A stretch of 64,000 nt of DNA from Thermoanaerobaculia bacterium (GTDB lineage Bacteria > Acidobacteriota > Thermoanaerobaculia > Multivoradales > Multivoraceae): contig OY762911.1 in NCBI GenBank assembly GCA_963666565.1, positions 2,848,001 through 2,912,000 on the forward strand, in the 5' to 3' direction. The position numbers were made by a program, and so were the translations under genes. Below the pieces are notes generated by a model. That model saw only the letters and a program-made list of their open reading frames with translations. It did not search any database and was not told where the DNA came from. The stretch's first letter is position 1. Every line of letters starts with the position of its first letter. Positions 31,830 through 41,400 of this stretch are shown piece by piece.

Positions 31830-31844
31830 GCGGAGGCCAGCCGG

Positions 31845-34376
31845 ATGGGCAAGGCGAGCAGGAGAAAGAAGGCGCGCCGGCAGCGCAGGGCCGAAGCCTC
31901 GCCCGATGCCCGCTCCCGGGCGGCGACGACCGCGGACTCCGGGGGCGGCGGCGCCGTTGCCGCGGGAGTCGATTCCGCGGCGGCGGACGCGAGTTTCCCG
32001 GACCGGTTCCGGGGCGGCGACGGGCCGTGGGTTCTGGGGCTCTTTCTGCTCGTCGCCGTCTTCTACTTCCCGGCGACGAAGGCGGGCTTCGTCTGGGACG
32101 ACTCGATCGTGACGACTTCCGAGGCGGTGCGGGAGTGGTCCGGCCTCCGGCAGCTCTGGTTCGAGACCGGGACGACCTATCATCCCGACAACACGCGGGA
32201 AGGCCACTTCTGGCCCGTCGTCTACTCGACGTTCTGGCTGGAGCACAAGCTGTGGGGGTTCCAACCGTTCGGCTATCACCTGGTCAACGTGCTGCTGCAC
32301 TTCGCCAACTGCTGGCTGATCTGGCGGTTGCTGCGCCGGCTGGCCGTGCCGGGCGCCTGGCTGGCCGCCGCGGTGTTCGCAGTTCATCCGGTCCACGTGG
32401 AGGCCGTGGTCTGGGTCATCGCCCGCAAGGACCAGCTCTCGACGCTGTTCTGCCTCGTCGCCGCGCTGGCGTGGCTGCGGTTCGCCGAGTCGCCGCGCGC
32501 GGGGCGCTACGCGGGGGCCATGGCGGCGTTCGTCGCCGGTCTGCTGTCGAAGACGATGGCGGCGACGCTGCCGGCCGCGCTCCTCGTCGCGCAATGGTGG
32601 AAGCGGGGCCGGGCGAGCGCGGCGGACATCTTGCGTCTGCTGCCGTTCTTCGCCGTGGGCCTGGGCATCGCGTTGAGCGACATGTTCTTCTACCAGGCGC
32701 GGGAATCGGCCAGCTTCACGTTCTCGGCCGTCGAACGGCTGCTCATCGCGTCGCGGGCGGTCTGGTTCTACCTCGGCAAGCTGCTCTGGCCGGTCGACCT
32801 GGCGGTCGTCTACCCGCGCTGGGAGATCGATCCGTCGTCGCTTCAGGCCTGGCTGTGGCCCGCCGCCGCGGTGGCGGCCGCGGCGCTGCTCTGGCGCCTT
32901 CGCGGACGCGTCGGTCGCGGTCCGCTGGCCGGCCTCGGCTTCTTCGTCCTGACCCTGTCGCCGGTGCTCGGGGTCGTGAACAACACGTACATGCAGTGGT
33001 CGTTCGTCGCCGACCGCTACCAGTACCTGGCGAGCCTGGGCGTCATCGCGGTCGTCGCCGGGGCGGCGGCGCGGGCCGCGGAGGGCCTGTCCGGGTTTCA
33101 GCGGAAGGCCGCGCTTGGCGCCGGCGTCGCCGTGCTGGCCGCGCTGGGAACCCTGACCTGGCGCCAGGCGGGCATCTACCGCGACAACGTCACGTTCCAC
33201 AGCCACATCGTCTCGCTCAATCCCGAGGCGCGGGACGCCCACCTGAACCTCGGCGCGGCGCTGTCCGACGTGGGTCGCCACGAGGAGGCCCTGGAGGCGG
33301 CGCGGGTCGCCATCGAGCAGCGGCCGGAGTACGCCGGGGCCTACGCGAACGCCGGCCACGCCCTGATCGACCTGGGCCGCCTGGAGGAGGCGGAGGCGAT
33401 CCTTCGCCGCGGCCGGGAAGTCGACCCGGGGCACCGGAACACGATCCGGAACCTGGCCTCCGCGCTCGAACGGCTGGAGCGGTTCGGTGAGTCGCTCGCG
33501 CTGTACGACGAGTGGCTGGACTTCGACCCGGCGAACGAGCAGGCGCTCGTCGGCCGGGGCGGCGTGCTGCTCCGTATGGGCCGCAACGAGGAGGCGCTCG
33601 CCTTCCTGAAGCGGGAGATTGCGCGACTGCCCGACGCGGCGCCGGGGCGCGGCGCCGACGCGCGCGACCTGCACCGGGCCCGGCTGCGGGTTCAGATGGC
33701 CGTCGCGGCGAGGAAGCTCGGCCGGGCGGAGGAGGTCGCGGACCAGCGCCGCCGGGCTCTGGCGCGGGCGCCGGACCGGCCGGAACCGCTTCACGACCTG
33801 GGCGAGACGCTGCGCGAGGAGGGCCGCCTGGGGGAGGCGATCGAGTGGTACGGCCTGGCGATCGAGCTCGACCCGGAGTTTCCCCTTGCCTACGCGGCGA
33901 TGGGCGACGCGCTCTTCGCCCTGGGACGCCACGACGAGGCGATGGAACGGCTGCTGCGAGCCGAGTCCCTGCTGCCCGCGGATTCGGAACTGGCACCCGA
34001 CCTCCGCCGCCTGATCGGCAGGACGCAGTCGGCGCGAGGTCGGCCCGAGGAGGCGGAGGAGGGCTTCCGTCGCGCCCTGGAACTCGCGCCGGACGATGCC
34101 GCGACTCTGCGGGAGCTGGTTTCTTTGCGCTTCGGCCAGGGCGAGTACGAGGAGGCGCTGGAGGCGCTGCGGACGCTCCTGGAGGTCACTCCCGGCGACC
34201 CGGAGGTCCACGTCAACATCGGCGTGGTGCTCCACCAACTGGGCCGGTCCGAAGAGGCCGCGGCGAGCCTGGAACGGGCGCTGGCGATGGATCCTGACCT
34301 GGAGTCGGCGCGGGCGAACCTCGAGGTCGTGCGGCAGGGGCTGGAATCGGGCGGCGCGGAAGATGCCTGCGGATAG
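31845..34376 (+). CDS. TMTC-like membrane glycosyltransferase with TPR repeats
   Basis: FVWDD, YHLVNVLLH, FAVHPVHVEAVVW, ADRYQYL, followed by multiple TPR units. Confidence 0.85.
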   Translation: MGKASRRKKARRQRRAEASPDARSRAATTADSGGGGAVAAGVDSAAADASFPDRFRGGDGPWVLGLFLLVAVFYFPATKAGFVWDDSIVTTSEAVREWSGLRQLWFETGTTYHPDNTREGHFWPVVYSTFWLEHKLWGFQPFGYHLVNVLLHFANCWLIWRLLRRLAVPGAWLAAAVFAVHPVHVEAVVWVIARKDQLSTLFCLVAALAWLRFAESPRAGRYAGAMAAFVAGLLSKTMAATLPAALLVAQWWKRGRASAADILRLLPFFAVGLGIALSDMFFYQARESASFTFSAVERLLIASRAVWFYLGKLLWPVDLAVVYPRWEIDPSSLQAWLWPAAAVAAAALLWRLRGRVGRGPLAGLGFFVLTLSPVLGVVNNTYMQWSFVADRYQYLASLGVIAVVAGAAARAAEGLSGFQRKAALGAGVAVLAALGTLTWRQAGIYRDNVTFHSHIVSLNPEARDAHLNLGAALSDVGRHEEALEAARVAIEQRPEYAGAYANAGHALIDLGRLEEAEAILRRGREVDPGHRNTIRNLASALERLERFGESLALYDEWLDFDPANEQALVGRGGVLLRMGRNEEALAFLKREIARLPDAAPGRGADARDLHRARLRVQMAVAARKLGRAEEVADQRRRALARAPDRPEPLHDLGETLREEGRLGEAIEWYGLAIELDPEFPLAYAAMGDALFALGRHDEAMERLLRAESLLPADSELAPDLRRLIGRTQSARGRPEEAEEGFRRALELAPDDAATLRELVSLRFGQGEYEEALEALRTLLEVTPGDPEVHVNIGVVLHQLGRSEEAAASLERALAMDPDLESARANLEVVRQGLESGGAEDACG

Positions 34377-35676
34377 AGGCGTCCGGACGGCCCGGACGGG
34401 GGCGGCGGTTGACGGCGCGCGTCGCGGCGGAGGCTCGCCGCTGGACGCCGCGGAAGGGGCGGGTCCGCGCCGACCCGTGTCGATTGTGGCGCCGACCCTG
34501 CGCGAGGCCGCGAACATCCAGGCACTCGTGGAGCGGGTCGACGCGGCGATGAGGGGTGCCGGGATCGAATGGGAGCTGCTGCTCATCGACGACGACTCGG
34601 ACGACGGGAGCGAGGAGATCGTCGCGGGCCTGGCGCGTCGCCTGCCGGTGAGGATCGAGGTGCGCCGCGGCGTGCCGCCGGGGCTCGCGCTGGCCGTCAT
34701 CGACGGCATCCGGCTTGCCCGGCACGACCTGGTGGTGGTGATGGACGCGGACCTCTCGCATCCGCCGGAACGCATCCGCGACCTGATCGCGGCGCTGGAG
34801 GAGGGCGCCTTCGACGGTGCAGCCGGCGGCGGTGAGGCCGGCGGCGGTGAGGCCGGCGGCGGTGAGTCCGGTAACGGTGGGACCAGCGACGGTGGCCCCG
34901 GCGGCGCCGCCGGCGCGGTCATCGCGGTTGGCAGCCGGTACGCGCCGGGCGCCCGCCTCGACCGTGCCTGGGGCCTCTACCGCGTCCTGAACTCCCGGCT
35001 GGCGACCTGGCTGGCGCGGCCGCTGGTGCGCTGTTCCGACCCGATGTCGGGCTTCTTCGCCGTCGACCGCCGGGCGCTGCCCGACCTGGCGACCCTGGCG
35101 CCCGCCGGCTACAAGATTGGCCTGGAACTCATGGTGCGGGGGCGGCTGCGCGTGCGGGAAGTGGCCATCGACTTCGTCGACCGGGACCGCGGCGCCAGCA
35201 AGATGAACTGGCGCCAGCAGCTCGCCTACCTGCGCCACCTGCGCCGCCTCTACGCGTGGAAGTTCGAGACCCCGGCGCGGGTGCTGAGCTTCGGCCTGGT
35301 CGGCGCGAGCGGCCTCGTCATCGACGTCGCCGTCTACCTGGCCCTGGAGCGGCTCGGAGTGGACCACCGGCTGGCGCGCTTCCTCGCCTTCTGGCCCGCG
35401 GTGACCTCGAACTGGTGGCTGAACCGCAGACTGACCTTCGGCGATCGCCCGCGCCGGCCGCGGGCTCGCCAGTGGGCCTGCTTCGCCGTGGGCAGCGCGC
35501 TCGGGCTGGTCGTCAACGTCGGCAGCTATCTCGCGCTGACCGGCCTGGTCCCGGCGTTCGCGGAGCGTCGGCTGGCCGCGCTGCTCGTCGGCGTCGGCGT
35601 GGGGGCGGCGGTGAACTACGGGATCGCGGCGGGCTACGTCTATCGCCGCGGGAGCGTGGGTTCCGGGGACCGCTGA
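34363..35676 (+). CDS. GT2 polyprenol-phosphate mannose synthase-like protein fused to GtrA
   Basis: IDDDSDDGS, VMDADLSHPPE, GSRY, DPMSGFF, GYKIGLEL; C-terminal GtrA (FGLVGASG..NWWLNRRLTF). Confidence 0.88.
   Translation: MPADRGVRTARTGAAVDGARRGGGSPLDAAEGAGPRRPVSIVAPTLREAANIQALVERVDAAMRGAGIEWELLLIDDDSDDGSEEIVAGLARRLPVRIEVRRGVPPGLALAVIDGIRLARHDLVVVMDADLSHPPERIRDLIAALEEGAFDGAAGGGEAGGGEAGGGESGNGGTSDGGPGGAAGAVIAVGSRYAPGARLDRAWGLYRVLNSRLATWLARPLVRCSDPMSGFFAVDRRALPDLATLAPAGYKIGLELMVRGRLRVREVAIDFVDRDRGASKMNWRQQLAYLRHLRRLYAWKFETPARVLSFGLVGASGLVIDVAVYLALERLGVDHRLARFLAFWPAVTSNWWLNRRLTFGDRPRRPRARQWACFAVGSALGLVVNVGSYLALTGLVPAFAERRLAALLVGVGVGAAVNYGIAAGYVYRRGSVGSGDR
34822..34866 (+). repeat. 15-bp in-frame tandem repeat x3
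   Basis: gccggcggcggtgag x3 (AGGGE) inside the GT2 domain. Confidence 0.9.
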
Positions 35677-35686
35677 GCGGTCATGG

Positions 35687-36679
35687 TCAGCGGCGGCTGG
35701 TGAGCAGCGCGGATCCGACGAGGACCAGCAGCAGCAGAACGGCCCCGATACCGAGCAGGATCGGCGACGCGTCGGGCCGGCGGTCCTCCGTGACGACCTC
35801 GCTCCCCGGCTCGTCGAAGATCGCGGCGGCGTTCCGGGCGGCGGTGGCGGCCGCGGCCAGGGCGGCCTCGTCCTCCGGCTGGCCGAGGCCGCCGTCCTCG
35901 ACGATCCGCTCCACGGTGTGAACGAGGTCCCAGATCTCGTCCTTCGTGTAGGCCTCGCGGTAGCCCGGCATCGCCGTGCCGTCCATGCCGAGATAGAGGC
36001 GGCCGTAGATGTCGGCGTTGCCGTTTCCGCCCTTGAAGACGCCGCCGACGATGTTCGTCGGCAGGGTGTGGTTGCCCTCGAAGTCGGGCATCGGGTCGTT
36101 GCGGAGCCGGCGTCCGTTCGGGCCGTGGCAGGAAGCGCAGGCCTCCAGGTACAGGCGCTCGCCGCGCGCGCGCCGCTCCTCGTCGAACGGCGGCTCGGGC
36201 GGGATCTCGATCGCCGGGCCGGGAGTCGTCCGTTCGGCGAACTCCGCGTCCGCCTCGGCGGCGCTCAGTTCGCCGGCGGCTACCCGGCGGTCGAGTTCGG
36301 CCCGGATGGCGTCCAGGCTGAAGCTGCGCGTGTAGCGGGCCATCGCCGCGATCTCGTCGTCGGGAACCTGGCCCCAGGCCGACATTCCCGTGCCGGGCAT
36401 GCCGCGGCGGATCGTCTCCTCCAGATCCCGGTCCGAGGGGATGGAGTTCTCGGTCGTCGCGAGCTTGAAACGGCCGGACTGGAAGCTGCGCGGCCGCTCG
36501 CCGGTGGTGTAGCTGAACTTGCCCAGACCGTCGCCGGCTTCGCCGTGGCATTCGCGGCAGTAACGGAGGAAGGCCTGCCGGCCGAGGTTGGGGTCGGGAG
36601 CGGCCGAGTCGGCGGGAGTCGAGTCCTGGGCGCCCTGCGCCATCGCGCTGGTTGCGAGCAGGAGAGTACAGAGGAACAA
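35687..36679 (-). CDS. di-heme c-type cytochrome with a C-terminal membrane anchor
   Basis: CRECH and CASCH heme motifs, GMPGTGM and GTAMPG distal Met motifs, C-terminal TM. Confidence 0.88.
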   Translation of the reverse strand: MFLCTLLLATSAMAQGAQDSTPADSAAPDPNLGRQAFLRYCRECHGEAGDGLGKFSYTTGERPRSFQSGRFKLATTENSIPSDRDLEETIRRGMPGTGMSAWGQVPDDEIAAMARYTRSFSLDAIRAELDRRVAAGELSAAEADAEFAERTTPGPAIEIPPEPPFDEERRARGERLYLEACASCHGPNGRRLRNDPMPDFEGNHTLPTNIVGGVFKGGNGNADIYGRLYLGMDGTAMPGYREAYTKDEIWDLVHTVERIVEDGGLGQPEDEAALAAAATAARNAAAIFDEPGSEVVTEDRRPDASPILLGIGAVLLLLVLVGSALLTSRR

Positions 36680-36734
36680 TGCTGCGTGCCTCCCAAGGGG
36701 CGAAGGCCGGAGGGCGTGGGGAAAGGAGGACCCT

Positions 36735-36977
36735 ATGACGACTGTTCGATCCTACGAGGCAAAGACGCGGTTGCCCGAACTTCCGGGCGACGTGGAGCGG
36801 GGCGAGGTCGTGACGATCACGCGTCGCGGCAAGCCTGTCGCTCGCATCGTCGGCGCGAAGGGCGCCGAGGAGCCCGTAGCCGCGGTCGTCGAACGGATCA
36901 AGGCGGCGCGCAGCGAGCGTTCCGCCGTCACGACCGAGGAGATCCTCTCCGCTCGCGACGAGGGACGTCGCTTCTAG
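36735..36977 (+). CDS. Phd/YefM family antitoxin (orphan)
   Basis: MTTVRSYEAKTRL..VERGEVVTITRRGKPVARIV; AGGAGG RBS; no toxin gene follows. Confidence 0.82.
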   Translation: MTTVRSYEAKTRLPELPGDVERGEVVTITRRGKPVARIVGAKGAEEPVAAVVERIKAARSERSAVTTEEILSARDEGRRF

Positions 36978-36988
36978 TGGATCTTGGT

Positions 36989-37044
36989 TCGCCGGCAAAC
37001 TTGCCGGCGACACAGTTGACAGCCTTCCGTGGATTCACTACGAT
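36989..37044 (+). promoter_or_regulatory. sigma70-type promoter of the BREX operon with an upstream perfect inverted repeat
   Basis: TTGACA (37016-37021), 17 bp, TACGAT (37039-37044); TCGCCGGCAA-ac-TTGCCGGCGA at 36989-37010. Confidence 0.7.
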
Positions 37045-37052
37045 GCCCGGTC

Positions 37053-37841
37053 GTGGCCATCGAACAGCTACGCGCCGCCCCCGTGGCGGACCTTGAACGC
37101 GCCGGATTTCGCCTCGGCGCGCGCGGCACGCACACGAGCCGCACGATCATGCTGGAAGACCTGGGCGAACTCCTCGCGGCCGTTCCAACGGATAGCGACA
37201 GGAGCGTCTACGCCCACGCCGTCGTCGAAGACAACGTGCTCGGGAAGCAGACGGCGGCTACGCGGCGGCTCAGCTTTCAGCGGCTGCGCGAGCTTTACGG
37301 CCTCGACCCGCGGATACCCCTCTTCCGGGTGCTGCGGCGTCTTTGGGAGATCGACGAGGCGGGGCGGCCTCGGCTGGCCGTGCTCACGGCCATGGCGCGG
37401 GATCCTCTGCTCACGGCCACCGCGCCGGTCGTCGTGCTGTTGTCGCCGGGCGAGGAAATGATGCGTACCACGCTCCTTGAGAAGATCCGGGCAACCGTCG
37501 ACGACCGGCTCAACGACGCCGTGCTCGACAAGGTGGCGCGCAACGCCGGCAGTTCCTGGGTCCAGGCGGGCTTCCTCAGGGGCCGCGTGCGGAAGATCCG
37601 CCGCCGGGTCGCCCCGACGCCGGGAACCGTCGCTCTCGCGCTGTGGCTCGGACGGCTGGAGGGCTACGCGGTGGCCCGGCTGCTCGACTCGCCGTGGGCG
37701 CGGGTTGCCGGCGACGGCGGTCCGGGGGAGCTGCTGCCGGTCGCGCTCCGGGCGGGCCAGCTCGGCCTCGTCCGGGCACGCGCCGCGGCCGGCGTCCTCT
37801 CCATCGACGCTTCCATTCTCGACCCGGCGGTAGCGCGATGA
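37053..37841 (+). CDS. BREX-associated protein at the brxA position
   Basis: First gene of the operon, ATGA overlap with brxB; VEDNVLGKQTAATRR resembles BrxA-like proteins. GTG 37053 chosen because the ORF-track start (37029) lies inside the promoter. Confidence 0.65.
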   Translation: MAIEQLRAAPVADLERAGFRLGARGTHTSRTIMLEDLGELLAAVPTDSDRSVYAHAVVEDNVLGKQTAATRRLSFQRLRELYGLDPRIPLFRVLRRLWEIDEAGRPRLAVLTAMARDPLLTATAPVVVLLSPGEEMMRTTLLEKIRATVDDRLNDAVLDKVARNAGSSWVQAGFLRGRVRKIRRRVAPTPGTVALALWLGRLEGYAVARLLDSPWARVAGDGGPGELLPVALRAGQLGLVRARAAAGVLSIDASILDPAVAR

Positions 37842-38404
37842 CCCTCAGCCGCATCGACAGGCTGGCCCGGGCGTACGAACGCCACATCGGCGCGCCGTGG
37901 CAACGCACCCTCGCCGGCGCCCAGCGGGTCGTCTTCGTCGTCTACGACAAGGAGATGGAACGGGCGTTGCGCGCCAGGATCGGCCAGTTCAAGCAGGCGA
38001 CGGTGGGCGCCGGTCACGGCTGGAATCTGGTCGATTGCACCTCCTGGTTCGCGGAGTGGATGGCTCGCGACGAGTACCGCGACGCCTACTTCGAGGATCC
38101 GTCCCTGCTCGAACTGAAGCTCGAAAGCGAGTTCCGCGCCCAGTCGGCCCAGAAGCTCGCCATCGCCCTGGAGCAGGCGGGTGAGACCGACGTGGTCGCC
38201 CTGCTCGGCGTCGCGTCGCTGTACGGTTTCCTGCGCGTGTCCGACCTCATCCGCGCCGTGGAGCCGGCCGTCCGGGGCCGGCTCGTCGTCTTCTTCCCCG
38301 GCAGCAGGAACGAGAACAACTTCCGGCTGCTCGACGCGCGGGACGGCTGGAACTACCTGGCCCAGGCCATCACGCTCCACGATGAACAGGTGACCTTGCC
38401 GTGA
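37838..38404 (+). CDS. brxB: BREX protein BrxB (DUF1788)
   Basis: VFVVYD..E, LGVASLYGF, LVVFFPG..FRLLDARDGWNYLA; directly upstream of brxC. Confidence 0.85.
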   Translation: MTLSRIDRLARAYERHIGAPWQRTLAGAQRVVFVVYDKEMERALRARIGQFKQATVGAGHGWNLVDCTSWFAEWMARDEYRDAYFEDPSLLELKLESEFRAQSAQKLAIALEQAGETDVVALLGVASLYGFLRVSDLIRAVEPAVRGRLVVFFPGSRNENNFRLLDARDGWNYLAQAITLHDEQVTLP

Positions 38405-41400
38405 AGATCCACGAACTCCTCGACCGCGACCCGCGCGGCGCCCGCCTCGCGAACAACGGCCAGGCCCGTCTCGACGTGGAGGGCGGCCGATCCGAGGACG
38501 TGCTGCGCGAGGAACTCTCCACGTTCGTCTGCGACGGGCGCTTCGGTGATGCGCTGCAGCGCATCCTCGACCGCTACCTCGCGAACCTGGGCGCGGCGCG
38601 GCAGGACGCGGCCTGGGTCAGCGGGTTCTTCGGCAGCGGCAAGTCGCATTTGCTCAAGATGGCCGCGCACCTGTGGCGGAACACGAGCTTCGAGGACGGC
38701 TCGACGGCCCGCGGCGTGGCCGGGGAGTCTCTCCCCGGCGACGTGCAGGCCGCGCTGCGGGAGCTGGACACCCGGGCGACGCGCGCCGGCCGCCGCCCGG
38801 TCGCCGCAGCCGGCACTCTCCTGGGCGGCAACGACTGGGTCCGCCGCACCGTGCTCGAGATCGTCCTGCGCGCCCGCGGCTGGCCGGACCAGTACGCGCA
38901 GGCGAAGTTCTGCTTCTGGCTGCGGGACGAGGGTGCGCTGGACGCGGTGCGGGCGGCGGTCGAAGCCGGGGAAAGGGACTGGCTGCGGGAACTGAACAAC
39001 CTCTACGTCAGCCCCGTCCTCGCGGGCGCGGTGGTCGACGCGGTGCCGGGCTTCGCCGCCGACGTGAAGAACGCCATGCAGGCGTTGCGGGCGCAGTTCC
39101 CGCCGACCAGGGAGGACATCACCACGGAGCAGTTCGTCGACGCCGCCCGCCGCGCGCTCTCGGACGGCGACGAGCTTCCGCACACGGTGCTCGTGCTCGA
39201 CGAGGTCCAGCAGTACATCGGCGGCGACGAGGACCGGTCGTCGGCCATCACCGAACTCGCGGAGGCGATCCAGACCCGGTTCGACAGCCGGGTGATGCTC
39301 GTTGGCGCGGGCCAGTCGGCGCTGTCGGCCGACACGCCGCATCTGGCCAAGCTCCGCGACCGGTTCGTGATCCGGGTGGAGCTGACCGACGCCGACGTCG
39401 AGGCGGTGACGCGGCGCGTGCTGCTCAGCAAGAAGCAGAGCGCCGTTCCCGAGATCGAGAAGCTCTTCGAGACCCACGCCGGCGAGGTCGCCCGTCACCT
39501 GCGGAACACGCGCATCGGCGCCCGGCCGGAGGACGCCGGCCACCGGGTGGACGACTACCCGCTGCTCCCCGTCCGCCGCCGGTTCTGGGAGGCGTGCTTC
39601 CGGGCCGTCGATGCCGGCGGCGCGCAGAGCCAGCTTCGTTCCCAGTTGCGGATCCTGCACGACTCGCTGGACGGGCTCGCGTCGCGGGACCTCGGCGCCG
39701 CGATACCCGCGTCCGACCTCTTCGGCGCCCTCGCGCCGGACATGGTGAGCACCGGCGTTCTCCTCGGTGAACTCGACACGCGGATCAGGCGGCTCGACGA
39801 CGGGACGGACCGCGGCCGCCTGCGGCGCGACCTCTGCGGGCTGGCGTTCCTGATCGGACGGCTGCCCCGCGAGACCGCGGTCGACATGGGAGTGCGGGCC
39901 ACGCCGTCCGCCCTGGCCGACCTGCTCGTGACCGACATCACGCGGGACGCGTCGGCGTTCCGGCGCGACGTGGAGAGGGAGCTCGAGTCCCTCGCAGAGC
40001 GCGGCGAACTCCTCAAGGTGGGCGAGGAGTACCGCCTCCAGACCACGGAGGGCGCCGAGTGGGACCGCGCCTACCGCGAACAGGTCGCGGCGATGCGGCA
40101 GGACGAGGTCGAGATCGGGCGCGTCCGCAACCAGCTCTTCGGCAGGGAGGTTGAGGAGGCGGTGCGGTCTCTCCGCCTCATCCACGGCGAATCGAAGTTG
40201 CGACGCACGGTCAAGCTCCACGCCGGGGAGGAAGCGCCGGTGCCCGACGCCGAGGCCGTGGTCGTCTGGTGGCGCGACGGCTGGTCGGTTCGGCGGAACG
40301 CCGTGGAGAACGAGGCGCGGCGGGCGGGAGTCGAGGGTCCGACCCTGTTCGCCTGGCTGCCGCGCCGCAACGCGGACGAACTGCGCGAGCGGATCCTCGC
40401 CGTCGAGGCGGCGGGGCGGGTGCTCGACCTGAAGGGCAGCCCCGCCTCGCCCGAGGGGCGGGACGCGAAGGCGGGAATGGAGAGCCGGCGGGACGACGCC
40501 GTCCGCCAGCGCACCGAACTCGTCCTCGACGCGCTGCGGGCAGCGGCCGTCTACCAGGGCGGGGGCACGGAGGTCTACGGCGAGGACCTGCGCCAGCGGA
40601 TCGAGCGGGGCGCCGAGGCCTCGCTGGCGAGGCTCTTCCCGGAGTTCGACAAGGGCGACCACCGGGCCTGGGAGGTGGCGCTCCGCCGCGCCCGCGACGG
40701 CAACGACGCGCCGCTCCAGATCGTCGGTTGGGAGGGGCAGACGGCGGACCATCCGGTGGCCCGCGAAGTGCTCGCGAAAGCTGCGGCCGGCGCGCGCGGC
40801 ACCGAACTGCACCGGGCGCTCCGGGCCGCGCCGTTCGGCTGGCCGCAGGACGCGGTGGACGCCGTGCTGGTGGCGCTGCACCGGAGCGGACACCTGAGGG
40901 CCGTCCGCAACGGGGTCGACGTCGCGGTCGGCGCGCTGGACCAGGCCGGCATCAAGGCGGCGGAGTTCCGGCCCGAGAGGGTCGTGCTCACCGTGAGCGA
41001 CCGGATCGCCGTGCGCGGCCTGTTCCAGCAGGTCGGCGTCCGTGCGCGGAGCGGGGAGGAGGCGCAGTCCGCCCGGAGCTTCCTCGACCGTCTGCAGGAG
41101 CTTGCGGAGTCCGCCGGCGGCGCGGCGCCGCTGCCGCCCGTGCCCGAGACCGGCTTCATCGACGAACTCTCACGGCTTGCGGGCGCGGAACAGTTGGCCG
41201 CCATCCACGAGCGGCGCGAGAGCATCGGCGAGTCGATTGCCGCCTGGACGGCGCTGGCCGAGCGGCGGGAGGGCCGCGAACGGTTGTGGCGGCTCGCGGC
41301 GGGCCTGCGGCGGCATGCCCAGGGTCTCTCGGGCACGGACTCGCCGGAGCAGGAGTTCGAAGCGATCGAGCGGCAGCGATCGCTCCTCGCGGAGACCGAC

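Noticed and set aside
30468-34922. Very long ORFs antisense to or overlapping real genes (e.g. 30468-34922 -, 55123-58056 -, 16196-18787 +, 38353-40893 -)
   Set aside because: Shadow ORFs typical of high-GC DNA; Arg/Pro/Gly-rich, with no family motifs, and overlapping well-supported genes.
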